From contig NC_045696.1 in NCBI RefSeq assembly GCF_009834535.1, forward strand, positions 100,070,001 to 100,134,000: 64,000 nt of DNA, read 5' to 3'. Made by a program: the position numbers and the translations under genes. Shown here in pieces: positions 29,366 through 39,094 of the stretch. The stretch's first letter is position 1. Every line of letters begins with the position of its first letter. The notes under the pieces were generated by a model. The model did no database searches and had not been told where the DNA came from. It saw only the letters and a list, made by a program, of their open reading frames with translations. This stretch comes from Camelus ferus (lineage: Eukaryota).

Positions 29366-32300
29366 GAATACTACTCAGCCATAAAAAAGTACGAAATCTT
29401 GTCTTTTGTCACAATGTATGAATTTTGCCAAATGCAACAACATGGATGGACCTCCAGGGTTTTATAGTTAGTGAAATCTGTCAGACTGAGAAAGACAAAT
29501 ACCATATGATTTCACTGATATGTGGAATCTAAAAGACAAAACAAACAAAACTAAATTAAACTACTAGATACAGAGAAAAGATTGGAGGATGGGCAAAATG
29601 GGTTAAGGGTCAAGATGTACAAACTTCGAGTTATAAAATAAATAAGTCATGGGATGTAATGTACAGCATGGTTACTATAGTCAATAACATTGTATATTTG
29701 AAAGGTTCTAAGATAGTAAATATTAAAAGTTCTCATTATAAGAAAAAAAAATTGTAACTTTGTATGATGACAGATGACAACTAGACTTATTGTAATGGTC
29801 ATTTTGCAGTGTATACAAATATTGACTCATTATGTTGTATATCTGAAACTAACATAATGTTATATGTCAATTATACCTCAATTAAAAATAATAATAGCTG
29901 TAGGCCCCCGCCTGAAGGCTCTAGAGAATAAGCCATGGGCTGAACTGATAAACTGTGAGAAATGTCACGTAGCTGGCTGGGTAAGAGATGGTCTATTTAA
30001 TGTATCCAGTATGGACGGCTGGATAGCCAATGACGGGTAAGATCCTCAGAGGAGGACAACCTAAGACAGGCACAGCCGGCTGGGTAAGAGATGGCCTACT
30101 TAATGAAGTTTCATGACAAACTTTAAAACAATCTGTCCTTGATCATGTAATAACCTGTGCTTACTGCAGAAGCCTGGGAACCTGGAGCCTGGGAACCTAA
30201 ATAGCTTAAAATTATTAACATTGTTATAACTTAGATGATATGTGAGGCACCATGCATGTTCTATATAAATCCTTTTCTAAGAATCAATAAACAGAGAACT
30301 GCTTCGCTTCTCTCCTCACGGTGTTCGTGTGTACATGATATCGCGCCACTGACAACAGCAAATGTCTAATTTGTGAGGTCAAAAAGAAGCAAAGCTAAAA
30401 TAATAGGGAAAAAATTATATAAATTGTGAGAAAATGATCAGAATTACAATGTTGTAATGTCCTTGTATTGTTCAGGAGGTGAGTTAAGTTAAATATGAAT
30501 GTTAGTTTTATGGACAACCAATAAAACAATGAAATAGACTGTACCTCAAACTAGTAGAGAGAAAAATGAGAATAAAACACAAGCAAGCAAGCAAACATAT
30601 AAAAAATCCATTTGAGGGAAAAAGAAAGAGAAAAAAGCATAGAGAAAATGGGGCAAACAGAAATAGGAATTAAAATGGTAGAAATAAATCTACCTATTCA
30701 GTTATATTAAGATGTCAATTAAATATATTCTATACAATATTTTATAATTACCACAATAAATATAAATGGTCAAAGCTTGCAAGTAAAATGATACATATCG
30801 CTCAATTTGATTTTTAAATTATCTGTAGGCTCTGTATAGGAGACAAATTACTATAATGACAAAAAAATGAAAGAAGAAAATATGGGGAAAATTAACAGAA
30901 AAATACTAACCACAAATAAGCTAATAAAGCTAACTTATTACCAGGTAAAAAAGTAGACTTTAAGACAAAAAACACTGTTAGGGACAGAGGCAGAGAGGGT
31001 AACTACATAATGATAAAAGTTCTATTCAAAAGAAGATACAATAATCCTAGGCTCCTGTGCACCTAATATAAACCTCAATATAGAGAAAATGGTATGTGGT
31101 TAGTGACAAACTCATCATTATAGTGGGTGCATACTTTTCAATTTTTACTTGATGCAGAAGACAGAACCTTAGTAAAGTTATTTAAATTTGAACAACAAAA
31201 TGAACAAGCTTGATGTAAAACTTTGTATCAAGCAAGTAGACAGTATACATTGTTCTCAAACTTTTTTTTAACACCAATTTTTCTCCTATTGGGCCAAGAA
31301 ACAAGTCTCATGGAATTGGTGTCATCTGGACCATGATATCTGAGCTAGTAATACTAAATCAGAAGTTGATAAAGAAACATTTTAAAATACTTTGTACATA
31401 TGTAAATATGTAAATAACTCAGGGATAAAAAGTAATGTGTAATGAAATTTTAAAAATATATCAGATTGTATAATAACTAGCATATGACATGTTAAAAATT
31501 TTGGATATAACTAAAAATGTTAAAGAGAAATGTATAGCTGTAAAAACTTATTGAAGAAAAGAAGAAAAGTGAAAATTAATGAACCTAGTACCTATCTCCA
31601 AAAAGTTAGTAAAAGAACAGAACAAACCCAAAGGAAGCATAAGGAAAGAAATACTGAATTATTGATCAAAGATAAATGAACAAACAGATCCACACCTGGT
31701 CTCTGGATGAAAAAGAACTTTCAAAGCAAGTAAATCATACAGTAACGGATTGCTAAATTAGAAATATTTTAAACTTCTGTACCTCAAAACAGATCATACC
31801 ATTAAATATTCAAAAGCAAATAATAGAGTAAAATATGTTTCAAATATGACCAAGAATTAATATCCTTATATTAATAAATGTTTACTTAAATGAGAAAAAA
31901 ATATCAAATTCCAAATGGAAATGGACAAAGAATATGAAAAACTAATTTATACAGCCATTAAAGAAGGAATACAAATAACCAATAACCATATTAACAACAT
32001 TTCAAAAACATGAAGAAAAAAAACAATAAAATATCCCTTTTCACTTTTATTTCCCCGAATGATGAACTGAATGCTGATGAAGTTTTAAGGATTCAAACAC
32101 TCATGAGCTACAGGTGCAATTTTGGGAGAACAAATGGAAAACATCTATCAAAAAAATTAATGTTTATATTTTCATATGCATTAGTTTCTTCCAAAAAACA
32201 TCAGGAGATGCATACAAACAATTATGTGTATTCTAGTAAATAAAAATGTATATCCTATGTAGCAAACTTCACTCTAATAAATAAAAAAATTAAAACCTAA

Positions 32301-32891
32301 AATTTAAGGTATGAGATGTATTAAGCACATTAAGAGATATTTCTAAAACAGAATGCTAAAGACTCAAAATAAATGTTCATAAATGAACTTTAATGACATG
32401 AATATTCAGCATATACTATGCAGTGAATAAAAAAAAGCAGCATATAAGCATATTATAATACCAGTTGCGTATTTGGAAGTAATTTGAGCCAAAATATTAA
32501 TGGCAGACCTTGGGAGAATTGAAATGGTAAATTTTCCCTTCTCTCTTCATAAATTTTTCTATTTTGAATGTATATGAATGAAAAAATAAAGAGAGAAAAT
32601 GAGGTGGAATTAGTTGCTGTTCTCTAAGGACCATTATATTCAAATGTATTATTTTAGTGTATTTAAGAGTAGTCAATCAATCATTGTTAAGCCCTTAGAA
32701 GTTAGTTCCTAATAGTTCTGATCCTCAGAATTCTATTTTAATATGTTTTATAATCATGTTATTATAACACAGGACCCAAAAAGCACTCTCATGTCTAAGG
32801 TCTGTACCCGTTTCTATTATTAAGCCTATCTAATGACATTTATTTTTCATTTTCATCCTAGGACTACATGTATTTTGAACTTTGGTCATAA
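11657..32891 (+). CDS. Phospholipid scramblase family gene (PLSCR1/PLSCR2-like divergent paralog), 6 coding exons, 236 aa
   Basis: Hand-spliced exons of 93+43+221+162+162+30 = 711 nt give an open frame: [236 protein letters not shown]. The motifs [37 protein letters not shown] and the 43/221/162/162 exon sizes match the PLSCR family. The exact orthologue is not determinable, so no symbol is given. Confidence 0.95.
11938..12217 (+). mobile_element. TcMar-Tigger MITE (MER8/MER2-like)
   Basis: TA|CAGTAACCCCTCAGTATCC...GATACCAAAA...CAAGTCCC...CAGTTCAAACCCATGTTGTTCAAGGGCCAACT. Explains ORFs 11906-12292 and 11978-12214. Confidence 0.85.
13057..13099 (+). CDS. PLSCR-like coding exon 2 (43 nt)
   Basis: taatag|GTTAATCAG...CTGGAAG|gtatgt. 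[14 protein letters not shown] aligns to PLSCR1 IDQILIHQQIELLE, and the phase matches the neighbouring exons. Confidence 0.92.
14110..14298 (+). mobile_element. MER5A-like hAT-Charlie MITE
   Basis: tagtggtgctcag...cagaccccctaaatcacagaatc...ccaggtggttctgatgaaggctcaaatttgtgaactgctg. Confidence 0.8.
15751..15971 (+). CDS. PLSCR-like coding exon 3 (221 nt)
   Basis: ttctttag|TC...AAG|gtcagt. Encodes FETNKTY...GQRIYFAEE...CGPSRPFT...[10 protein letters not shown]. Confidence 0.96.
16395..16482. repeat. (GGAA/GGGA)n purine repeat
   Basis: Directly visible, inside an old minus-strand L1 3' fragment. Confidence 0.85.
17233..18515 (-). mobile_element. Young lineage-specific L1, 5'-truncated (ORF2 end plus 3'UTR)
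   Basis: Near-intact ORF2 C-terminus ([30 protein letters not shown]...[14 protein letters not shown]). The 3'UTR is shared with the copies at 27830 and 35610. Confidence 0.95.
18520..18650 (-). mobile_element. MIR fragment
   Basis: MIR core ttttacaaatggaaaaattaatttcagagaggtaagtgactt. Confidence 0.65.
18861..19022 (+). CDS. PLSCR-like coding exon 4 (162 nt)
   Basis: ttttatag|CTA...AAT|gtgagt. Encodes [42 protein letters not shown]; missed by the ORF track. Confidence 0.95.
19263..19399 (+). mobile_element. tRNA-Ala-derived SINE (camelid Vic-1-like)
   Basis: GGGGGAGGATATAGCTCAGTGGTAGAGTGTGTGCTTAGCATGCATGAGGTCCTGGGTTCAATCCCCAGTACCTC carries pol III A/B boxes, then the tail aacctaattacctccc. 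Flanked by a 14/16 direct repeat aagtatacagttatca (19247-62) / aactatatagttatca (19400-15). Confidence 0.9.
20387..20599 (+). mobile_element. MER96B-like hAT MITE inserted in L2 remnants
   Basis: caggacc...caaaatttaaaggggtatcaaaaacctagtaattaagataaat...atcaaaattaatgcaaaa...gatcctg; CAGGA/TCCTG termini. Confidence 0.7.
21926..22087 (+). CDS. PLSCR-like coding exon 5 (162 nt)
   Basis: tattttag|TTA...GTT|gtgagt. Encodes [15 protein letters not shown]...[27 protein letters not shown]. Confidence 0.96.
22560..23260 (+). mobile_element. Ancient L1 ORF1 fragment (left part of interrupted host element)
   Basis: Decayed ORF1-like sequence (attagactgacaactgacttctcaacag...atatcttcaaagtattg). It resumes at ~30360. 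Confidence 0.7.
27830..28372 (+). mobile_element. Young 5'-truncated L1 3' end nested in the older L1
   Basis: Host ORF2 breaks at ...actgacataaaaa and resumes at aaaaacagcccc...gaaacaggacagag. The insert has the same 3'UTR as 17233-18515 and an (AAC)n tail. Confidence 0.9.
29324..29363. repeat. (AC)20 microsatellite
   Basis: Directly visible. Confidence 0.95.
29899..30354 (+). mobile_element. Solo ERV LTR (probably betaretrovirus/ERV2-type), 456 bp
   Basis: TG...CA ends with imperfect flanking repeat atagc/acagc. TATATAAA at 30262, AATAAA at 30286, internal direct repeats, CpGs retained. Confidence 0.8.
30360..32560 (+). mobile_element. Ancient L1 inter-ORF, ORF2 endonuclease and 3' fragments
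   Basis: Decayed L1 motifs (aagtagactttaagacaaaaa...tacataatgataaaagttctattca...tgcacctaata). Confidence 0.7.
32862..32891 (+). CDS. PLSCR-like terminal coding exon 6
   Basis: Pyrimidine tract tttttcattttcatcctag|GACTACATGTATTTTGAACTTTGGTCATAA = DYMYFELWS*, matching the family D(F/Y)M(F/Y)FE motif. Confidence 0.92.
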   Translation, partial: DYMYFELWS

Positions 32892-32927
32892 GAATCATCC
32901 TGAAAGATTATGCCAGAGATTACTGGC

Positions 32928-32987
32928 AATAAAGTTCGCCACACCTCAGCAAGATTAAACAACTTTCACTTAGAGTATCTAAATAAA
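32928..32987 (+). terminator. Polyadenylation signals of the PLSCR-like gene
   Basis: AATAAA at 32928 and 32982 and ATTAAA at 32954, within 100 nt of the stop, followed by T/GT-rich sequence. Confidence 0.7.
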
Positions 32988-33009
32988 GTTTTGTTTCACT
33001 AAAACTATT

Positions 33010-34367
33010 TGTATGATTTTTTTCTGCATAATAAACCAACCCAAAATTTAGGAACTTAAAATGATGATTGTATCTAGTCTAGGATTCTGCTGTATAGTTC
33101 TCCTGGTCAAGACCTGGCTCACTCATGCACGTGCAGTCAATTAACAGATTGGCTGGGGACTGTCTCATCCCAGATGGCCTCATTCAGAAGTCTGGCTGTT
33201 GTCTGAGGCAACAGAGGCAACAGGCCACATAGCTTTCATCATCTAGGGAGCTATCCAAAGCTTTTACACATGATGACTATATTACAGAGGCAGCAAGGAA
33301 GCATGCTCAAATGTTCACGCTCACTTCAAGCCTCTGTTTCTGTTATATTTACTAATGTCCCATTCATTAGCCAAAGCAAGTCAAATAGCCAAGTCCAGAT
33401 TGGAGGAGTGGAAAAATAGACTCAATTTCTTTATGGAATTTGCTGCAAAATATTGTGTGTGTGTTTTTCTTTAATCCCCTGCAATCTATCATTGTAGACC
33501 CTCTGGTTACAATTATTTCATTCTCTCCACATGCAAAGTATCCTCAACCCTCTCAGAACTTCCAAAACTCTCTTTCAACTATGGCATCAGGTTCAAGCCC
33601 AGTATCACGTGATCTGCATCTTCTGTGAATGCAAGTGAAGATACTGCATGCAGCTCCTCTTGATTCAGAGACTTTAAAACTAAAAAGAGACACTCAACTC
33701 TAGTAAGCCAAGGTCAAAACAACCACAATAAACAAATACTATCTTCATAGCAGTCACTGGTCAATAGCAATTTGAGAATTGAGAAGGGGACCTGTTGCCA
33801 GTTCCCCTTATTCTGGTAACAGAGAATATTCTGCCCTCTGGTAGTGGCTCTCTAGTCCCTTGTTCTCTGTGGCTGTGCCCCCTGGGATTTGGACTCTTGC
33901 CTTCTCAGTTATTTTTTTCCCTTTCTAAATGAAATGGCCATGTTTTTAACTGAGTAGCTTTTGCAGTCTTCTTCCTACCTACTGAAAGTTGGAGACAGAA
34001 GTCTCTTTCCATTTTAAACTATCTCAATCTCTCTTAGTCTATGCTAGCCCAACTCTCTCAAAACCTATGTGGCTTTCGATGTATCAGAGTTAGCCCACTC
34101 TATTAAAAAAAGCCACAGCCAGTCTTCCTTTCAGGACAGGACTTACTCATAGCTAGCCTCGTTTCTCTACAGGATAGCTGGGTTCTAAAAGCAGCCAGAG
34201 AGCACAAGCACTTTTCAAGTCACTACTTACATCAAATTTGTTAATGTCCCATTGGCTAACTCAAGTCACATGGCTAAATGCACATTTAAAGGACGTTTAA
34301 AGAAATCCCACTTCTTGATGGGAGGCACTGTGAAATATTGTGAACATTTTTTTTCACAATCCATCAC
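33010..34367 (-). mobile_element. Old MaLR (MLT1-type) element: two LTR remnants flanking internal sequence
   Basis: Two similar segments (~33290-33483 and ~34190-34367) share ...taatgtcccatt...caagtca...atattgtg...aatcc, separated by ~650 bp. Confidence 0.7.
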
Positions 34368-34401
34368 ATGATTTAACAGGTGATTTTTCTTGATTTGTGT
34401 T

Positions 34402-34757
34402 TGTCCTAGACTGAATATTTGTGTCCCTCACAATTGAAGTTTTGAAACCTAATCTCCAATGTGACAGTATTTGGAGGTGGGCCTTTGGAAGGTGATTCGC
34501 TCATGAGAATGGAGCCTACATGAATCGAATTGGTGCCCATGTAAAAGGGGTCCCAGAGAACTTCCTTGCCCTCTCACCATGTGAAGTTATAGCAAGCAGA
34601 CAGCTGACTATGAATCTGGAAGGTGACCCTCACTTAATCTGCCAGAATCATGATCTTGGACCTCCCAGCCTTCAAAACTATGAGAAAAAAAGTTCTGTTA
34701 TTTGTAAGCCACTCAGTCTATGGTGTTCTGTTACAGCAGGCCAAACTGACTAAGTCA
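34402..34757 (+). mobile_element. MLT1A-like solo MaLR LTR
   Basis: TG...CA ends with a perfect 5-bp TSD GTGTT (34397-401 / 34758-62) and the typical end taagccactcagtctatggtgttctgttacagcag. Confidence 0.88.
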
Positions 34758-35607
34758 GTGTTACCTATGAAATAGTTTTTAATATATGATTTTATTTTCC
34801 AATTCTATCTCATTGTATAACTGTCTGGTAATTATTTATGATGATTCTTAGATACGGTAGGTTTCAATGAGAGATAAGGTTCAAAGAACAGGTCACTCTA
34901 CATCAGAACTATGCAGATCCTGTCCTAAGGGGAATAAAAGAGATAAAGACTCAGTGAAATATAGTAAAATGAGGCCTGAATACTTCCACACAAAGGCTAT
35001 TCTTCCTTATTACAAGCGTCTGGATACAGCAGCCCTTGTCATTCAAAGATTCTCATTTCAAGTTCTAGGTAAATCCTGTCCTAATGGTAAGGATTTCCAC
35101 CTGGGGAAGAAAATAGCAGGTTTTTGTTTGCAAAAACTCATGCTTGGAACAAGGATGACTTGGATCATTCCAGATAGATGAAATAAAAAATTTGAAGGTG
35201 TCAGAAATGGCCCATCTAAAGAGAGAGGTGTAGACTTGAGGCAGCTATTGCCAGGGGGTAAGGATCAGTCGCCTACTCCCATTCAGTGATCCAGAGGGAA
35301 ATGGACCCACATGTATGCCTACAGATGTTTACTGGGTGCTTGGCCTGGGAGACTGACATAAAAAACCCTATACTCTGGCCTAGTCAGGAGGAAGTAGAAG
35401 CCCTTGCCTTCAAGAGGACCACAGGACCTTGGTCTATGATCTTCTCCTCAGTTTTCTATACTCTGTAACATTCCTTAGCAGTCTTTTATGACCTTTTAGT
35501 TGGAGGACAACACACACACATCCTCAAAAAAAAAAAAAACCATGAGAATGAATCTCTCACCACAATGGTGAGAAGAGACTTGGAATCAAATTAATTTAAA
35601 GAAGAAA

Positions 35608-35712
35608 CGCCATGTGCAGCAACATGGATGCTCCTGGAGAATGTCATTCTAAGTGAAGTAAGCCAGAAAGAGAAAGAAAAATACCGTATGAGATCGCTCA
35701 TATGTGGAATCT

Positions 35713-35743
<31 letters not shown>

Positions 35744-36070
35744 AACAAATAAAAACAAAAACAAACAAACAAAGCATAAATACAAAACAGAAACAGACTC
35801 ATCGACATAGAATCCAAACTTGTGGTTGCCAAGGGGGCAGAGGGTGGGAAGGGATAGACGGGATTTCAAAATTGTAGAATACATAAACAAGATTATACTG
35901 TATAGCACAGGGAAATATACACAAGATCTTACGGTAGCTCACAGAGAAAAAAATGTGACAATGAATATATATATGTTCATGTATAACTGAAAAATTGTGC
36001 TCTACACTGGAATTTGACACAACATTGTAAAATGATTATAAATCAATAAAAAATGTTAAAAAAGAAAAAG
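35608..36070 (+). mobile_element. Young 5'-truncated L1 3' end
   Basis: Near-identical to the reverse complement of 17233-17650, with an internal (AAAAC)n expansion and an A-rich tail. Confidence 0.92.
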
Positions 36071-36737
36071 AAGGAGAAAATACCACAATTTTTGCTCCTA
36101 AATTCTGTGGAGCAGTTTAATTTCCAAGTTATCTGTCTCATTCTTAATTCCTGCTATGAAACTTACCTGCCTACAATCCCTGGAAGACACATCTGCTTTT
36201 CTCTCTCCATCAGGTCTGACTGAATCAGCATTTGGCACCACTGGGGTAAGATACTCATCCCCTCTAAACTGCGTCTGTGGTAATAATAACTAATTAAAGC
36301 ATTGCTTGGAACATGAAATTAGATCACTTTTATCACAGTGCATGGTGCATACTGAACATTTAGTGAATGTTAGTGTTATTATAGCCATATTTAATTGAAT
36401 GTTCATAGTTCAAATATCCACATATCCACAATGAAACATTGGTAGAAGAGTTGCAGAAAGCTGCAGAAAGTTGGTCTATAATAGAGTTTTAGAGCAAAGT
36501 AACTGGAATTTCAAAATGTACTTCAAAACAAGATGCTATTATGCATAGAAATCATTACCTGTTAGTCTCACCAGCTACTTATGTGAATATGACACTCTAT
36601 CAGCCTCTGAGTAAAGCAGATCATACTAGCCAATACTATCCAAGTCACTCACCAAAATAAATCACTGACCAATGGCTGCTGACATTTTGGAGAAATGCCA
36701 GTGCTCCCAGTTATTAATTTCTGGACATTCATTAAGA

Positions 36738-36930
36738 TAGTGGGCCTCAAACTTTAACACACATCAAAATCATGTGCAGGGATTATTAAAACACAGATTG
36801 CTGCACCCCATCCTCAGTGTATCTGATTCAGCACCTCTTAGGTGGGGCCTGATAATCTGCATTTCTAATAAGCTCCCAGGTGAAGCTACTGCCACTGCTG
36901 ATGGGGACCACACATTGAGAATCTTAGCAC
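36738..36930 (-). mobile_element. MER5A-like MITE
   Basis: ctcaaacttt...ttaaaacacagattgctg...ggtggggcctgataatctgcatttctaataagctcccaggtga. Confidence 0.8.
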
Positions 36931-38022
36931 TAGACTAAATTATGAGATTTCAGCTGGAATTTCATGAGCTTCTGAAAGGCCCAAGTGGAAAAAAATTAAG
37001 GAGGCTTATTAAACATGTTAGAGGACCGCTGGAATCATCCAAATTACCCCATCTTCAAATGTCAAGGTTGGAGATATTTAGGTAGCTACTACAGAATGTA
37101 TTGTCGATTTAATGAAATCATAAGAATTATGCCAGCTCGCAGGAGCTACCACTGGGAACTTCCCCAGCTCTACCAAGGACTTTGGTATTTATTGCCTTTG
37201 AAAGTGCATGTGGGACGTCAGCTTTGCTGGCTCTTTCTGCCCTTGAAGGACGGTCTTCTCAGAGCTGTATCAAACCATCCTGTAGGAATCAGCATTCCCA
37301 GTGCAACTAGCAATGCCTTTGGACCAACTGGCACTGCTCCACGTGCAAAGCCTGCAGGACAGTTATCAGTAGTCAAACAATTCTGGACAATTAGTATTCA
37401 AACTACTGGACGACTAGAGAAGTTTTGGGCTTAGATTAGTTTGGTTTGGTTTGGATTCCATAAGTCTGTAAGCCAAGTGTCCACTGAACGACTGTCCAAA
37501 GGTAATTCCTACTTCTAAGCAAAAGAGTCACCTTTGCTATGCAGCAGATCTTAGAAACACTGGTGGGAGAGCCTTGCTTTATTGGCTTCTACATGAGAAA
37601 ACAAGTGCTAGGATCAATATGGCTACAACTGCACACACTTCTTGGGATATCGATGTAACCTGGAGGTAGCTGTCTAGAATTTAATTTTGCTACCACGTGA
37701 GGAATTGTAGATTATCACTTTATGACAATGTATGTGTCAGATACATGGGACGACTCCAATACCACCAATACTATCTTAAAACACCTGAAGTCATCAAAGT
37801 AGACCTTCCCTAATTTCCTGCTAATCCACCAACAAACTTACTTGAATTCACATTCGTACTTTCTTTTCTCCCCTTTTTGTCACAAAGGAAGAGGCACCTG
37901 CCTTTCCTTGCATCAAAAAGGCAACCAAACCACTGGTGCTCTGGATGCTTTCCTCCTCCCACGGCACCTTGTCCCATCAATGATCTCCTTTCTCCCCTTT
38001 ATCTTCAATCTCTCTCCCTAGA

Positions 38023-38480
38023 GCAGAGTGATACCCCTTGAGTTAGTATCAACATAATCTGGCAGCTTTTCCAAAAGGCAAATTCATGGGCCCCACCTAT
38101 CGACATCCCTAATCAGAAACTCTGGGGATGAGGCCCAGCAATCTGTGTTGTAACAAACTCAAGGTATGTTTAATCGTTACTCAAGTGGGAGAAGGGCCAG
38201 AACAGTGCAGTGGTTCTCAGACTTATCTACACACTGGAACCACCACCTGGAAGCTTTAAAAAACTATTGATGCTTTGTCCTATCCCCAGAGATTGATTTC
38301 ATTCAACTAAGGTACAGCCTGGGCACCAGCTTTTTAAAAACAGAATTCTTTTAAGAGCAGTTTTAGGTTCACAGCACAGAGATGTCCCATATACCCTCTG
38401 CCCCCACATACACAAGGCCCTGTAATTTTTAAAAGCTCTCCAGGTGGTCCTCATGTGCAGCCACGTTTGGGAACCCCTCC
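38023..38480. mobile_element. Two adjacent MER5-family MITEs embedded in an L2 remnant (~37750-38960)
   Basis: aatcagaaactctggggatgaggcccagcaatctgtgtt and cagtggttctcaga...aaaagctctccaggtggtcctcatgtgcagcca. The flanks are pyrimidine-rich and L2-like. Confidence 0.65.
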
Positions 38481-39094
38481 CAAGAATACTTCCCTTATTG
38501 GTATTTAAACATGCTCAGGATTCTCTTCTTTGCCCTCAAGTCTCCCTCAATCACATATCTCTCTCTATCTTTTATAACAGTTTTATTGTTGCTCTTTCAT
38601 ATCAAAGCTTGAGTTTTCTCTCCTTTCTTCCTCCACTTCCTCACCTCCTATTTACCACCCAACTCCCTGTGATTTCTCTTGCATTTCCACCATTCCTTTA
38701 TTTCAGTGAGGGATCCTTTTGAGCCTTATCTGAATTGACTTCTCCAGGGCATTAGGTGTTGTTAACAATTCCCTTTTGAACTCTGCTCTTTCGTCGACTG
38801 GTTTGCGGACAACCCGTTCTCGGGGGCTGATTACCCTCCTCGTGCCACTCATTGTCAGTCTGTTAGACTTGCTCCTGTGCCCACCCCTTAAACGTGGATG
38901 TTCCTCGTGCTTGCATCTCAGGCTATTTTCTGAACTATCTAGCTTAGCAGGAAAGTTGAGGTTACACGAGAATTTTTTAAATTAACATTTATTAATGTAC
39001 AGAATGAGAGTAGCCTAAATAGTCAAACACTGCTAAAAGACTTAGAAGACTGGCTACTCCCCTCCACCCATGTTTCACAACACAAACAAAAAAC

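Larger units (their letters stand above)
23261..29893 (+). mobile_element. Near full-length decayed L1 (5'UTR, deleted ORF1, ORF2, 3'UTR)
   Basis: Starts with the L1 5' motif ttcaagatagtggc. ORF1 remnants ([17 protein letters not shown]), ORF2 ([10 protein letters not shown]...[12 protein letters not shown]), and a 3'UTR ending tatgtcaattatacctcaattaaaaata. Many stops and frameshifts. Confidence 0.93.

Noticed and set aside
23261..29893. Active full-length L1
   Set aside because: ORF1 is largely deleted, and ORF2 has many stops, frameshifts and a nested insertion.
35553..35580. Small hairpin tctcacca-caa-tggtgaga
   Set aside because: The stem is too short for a pre-miRNA and is expected by chance.
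37015..37434. 139-aa plus-strand ORF
   Set aside because: Begins in MIR-like sequence and has no recognisable motif; consistent with a chance ORF.
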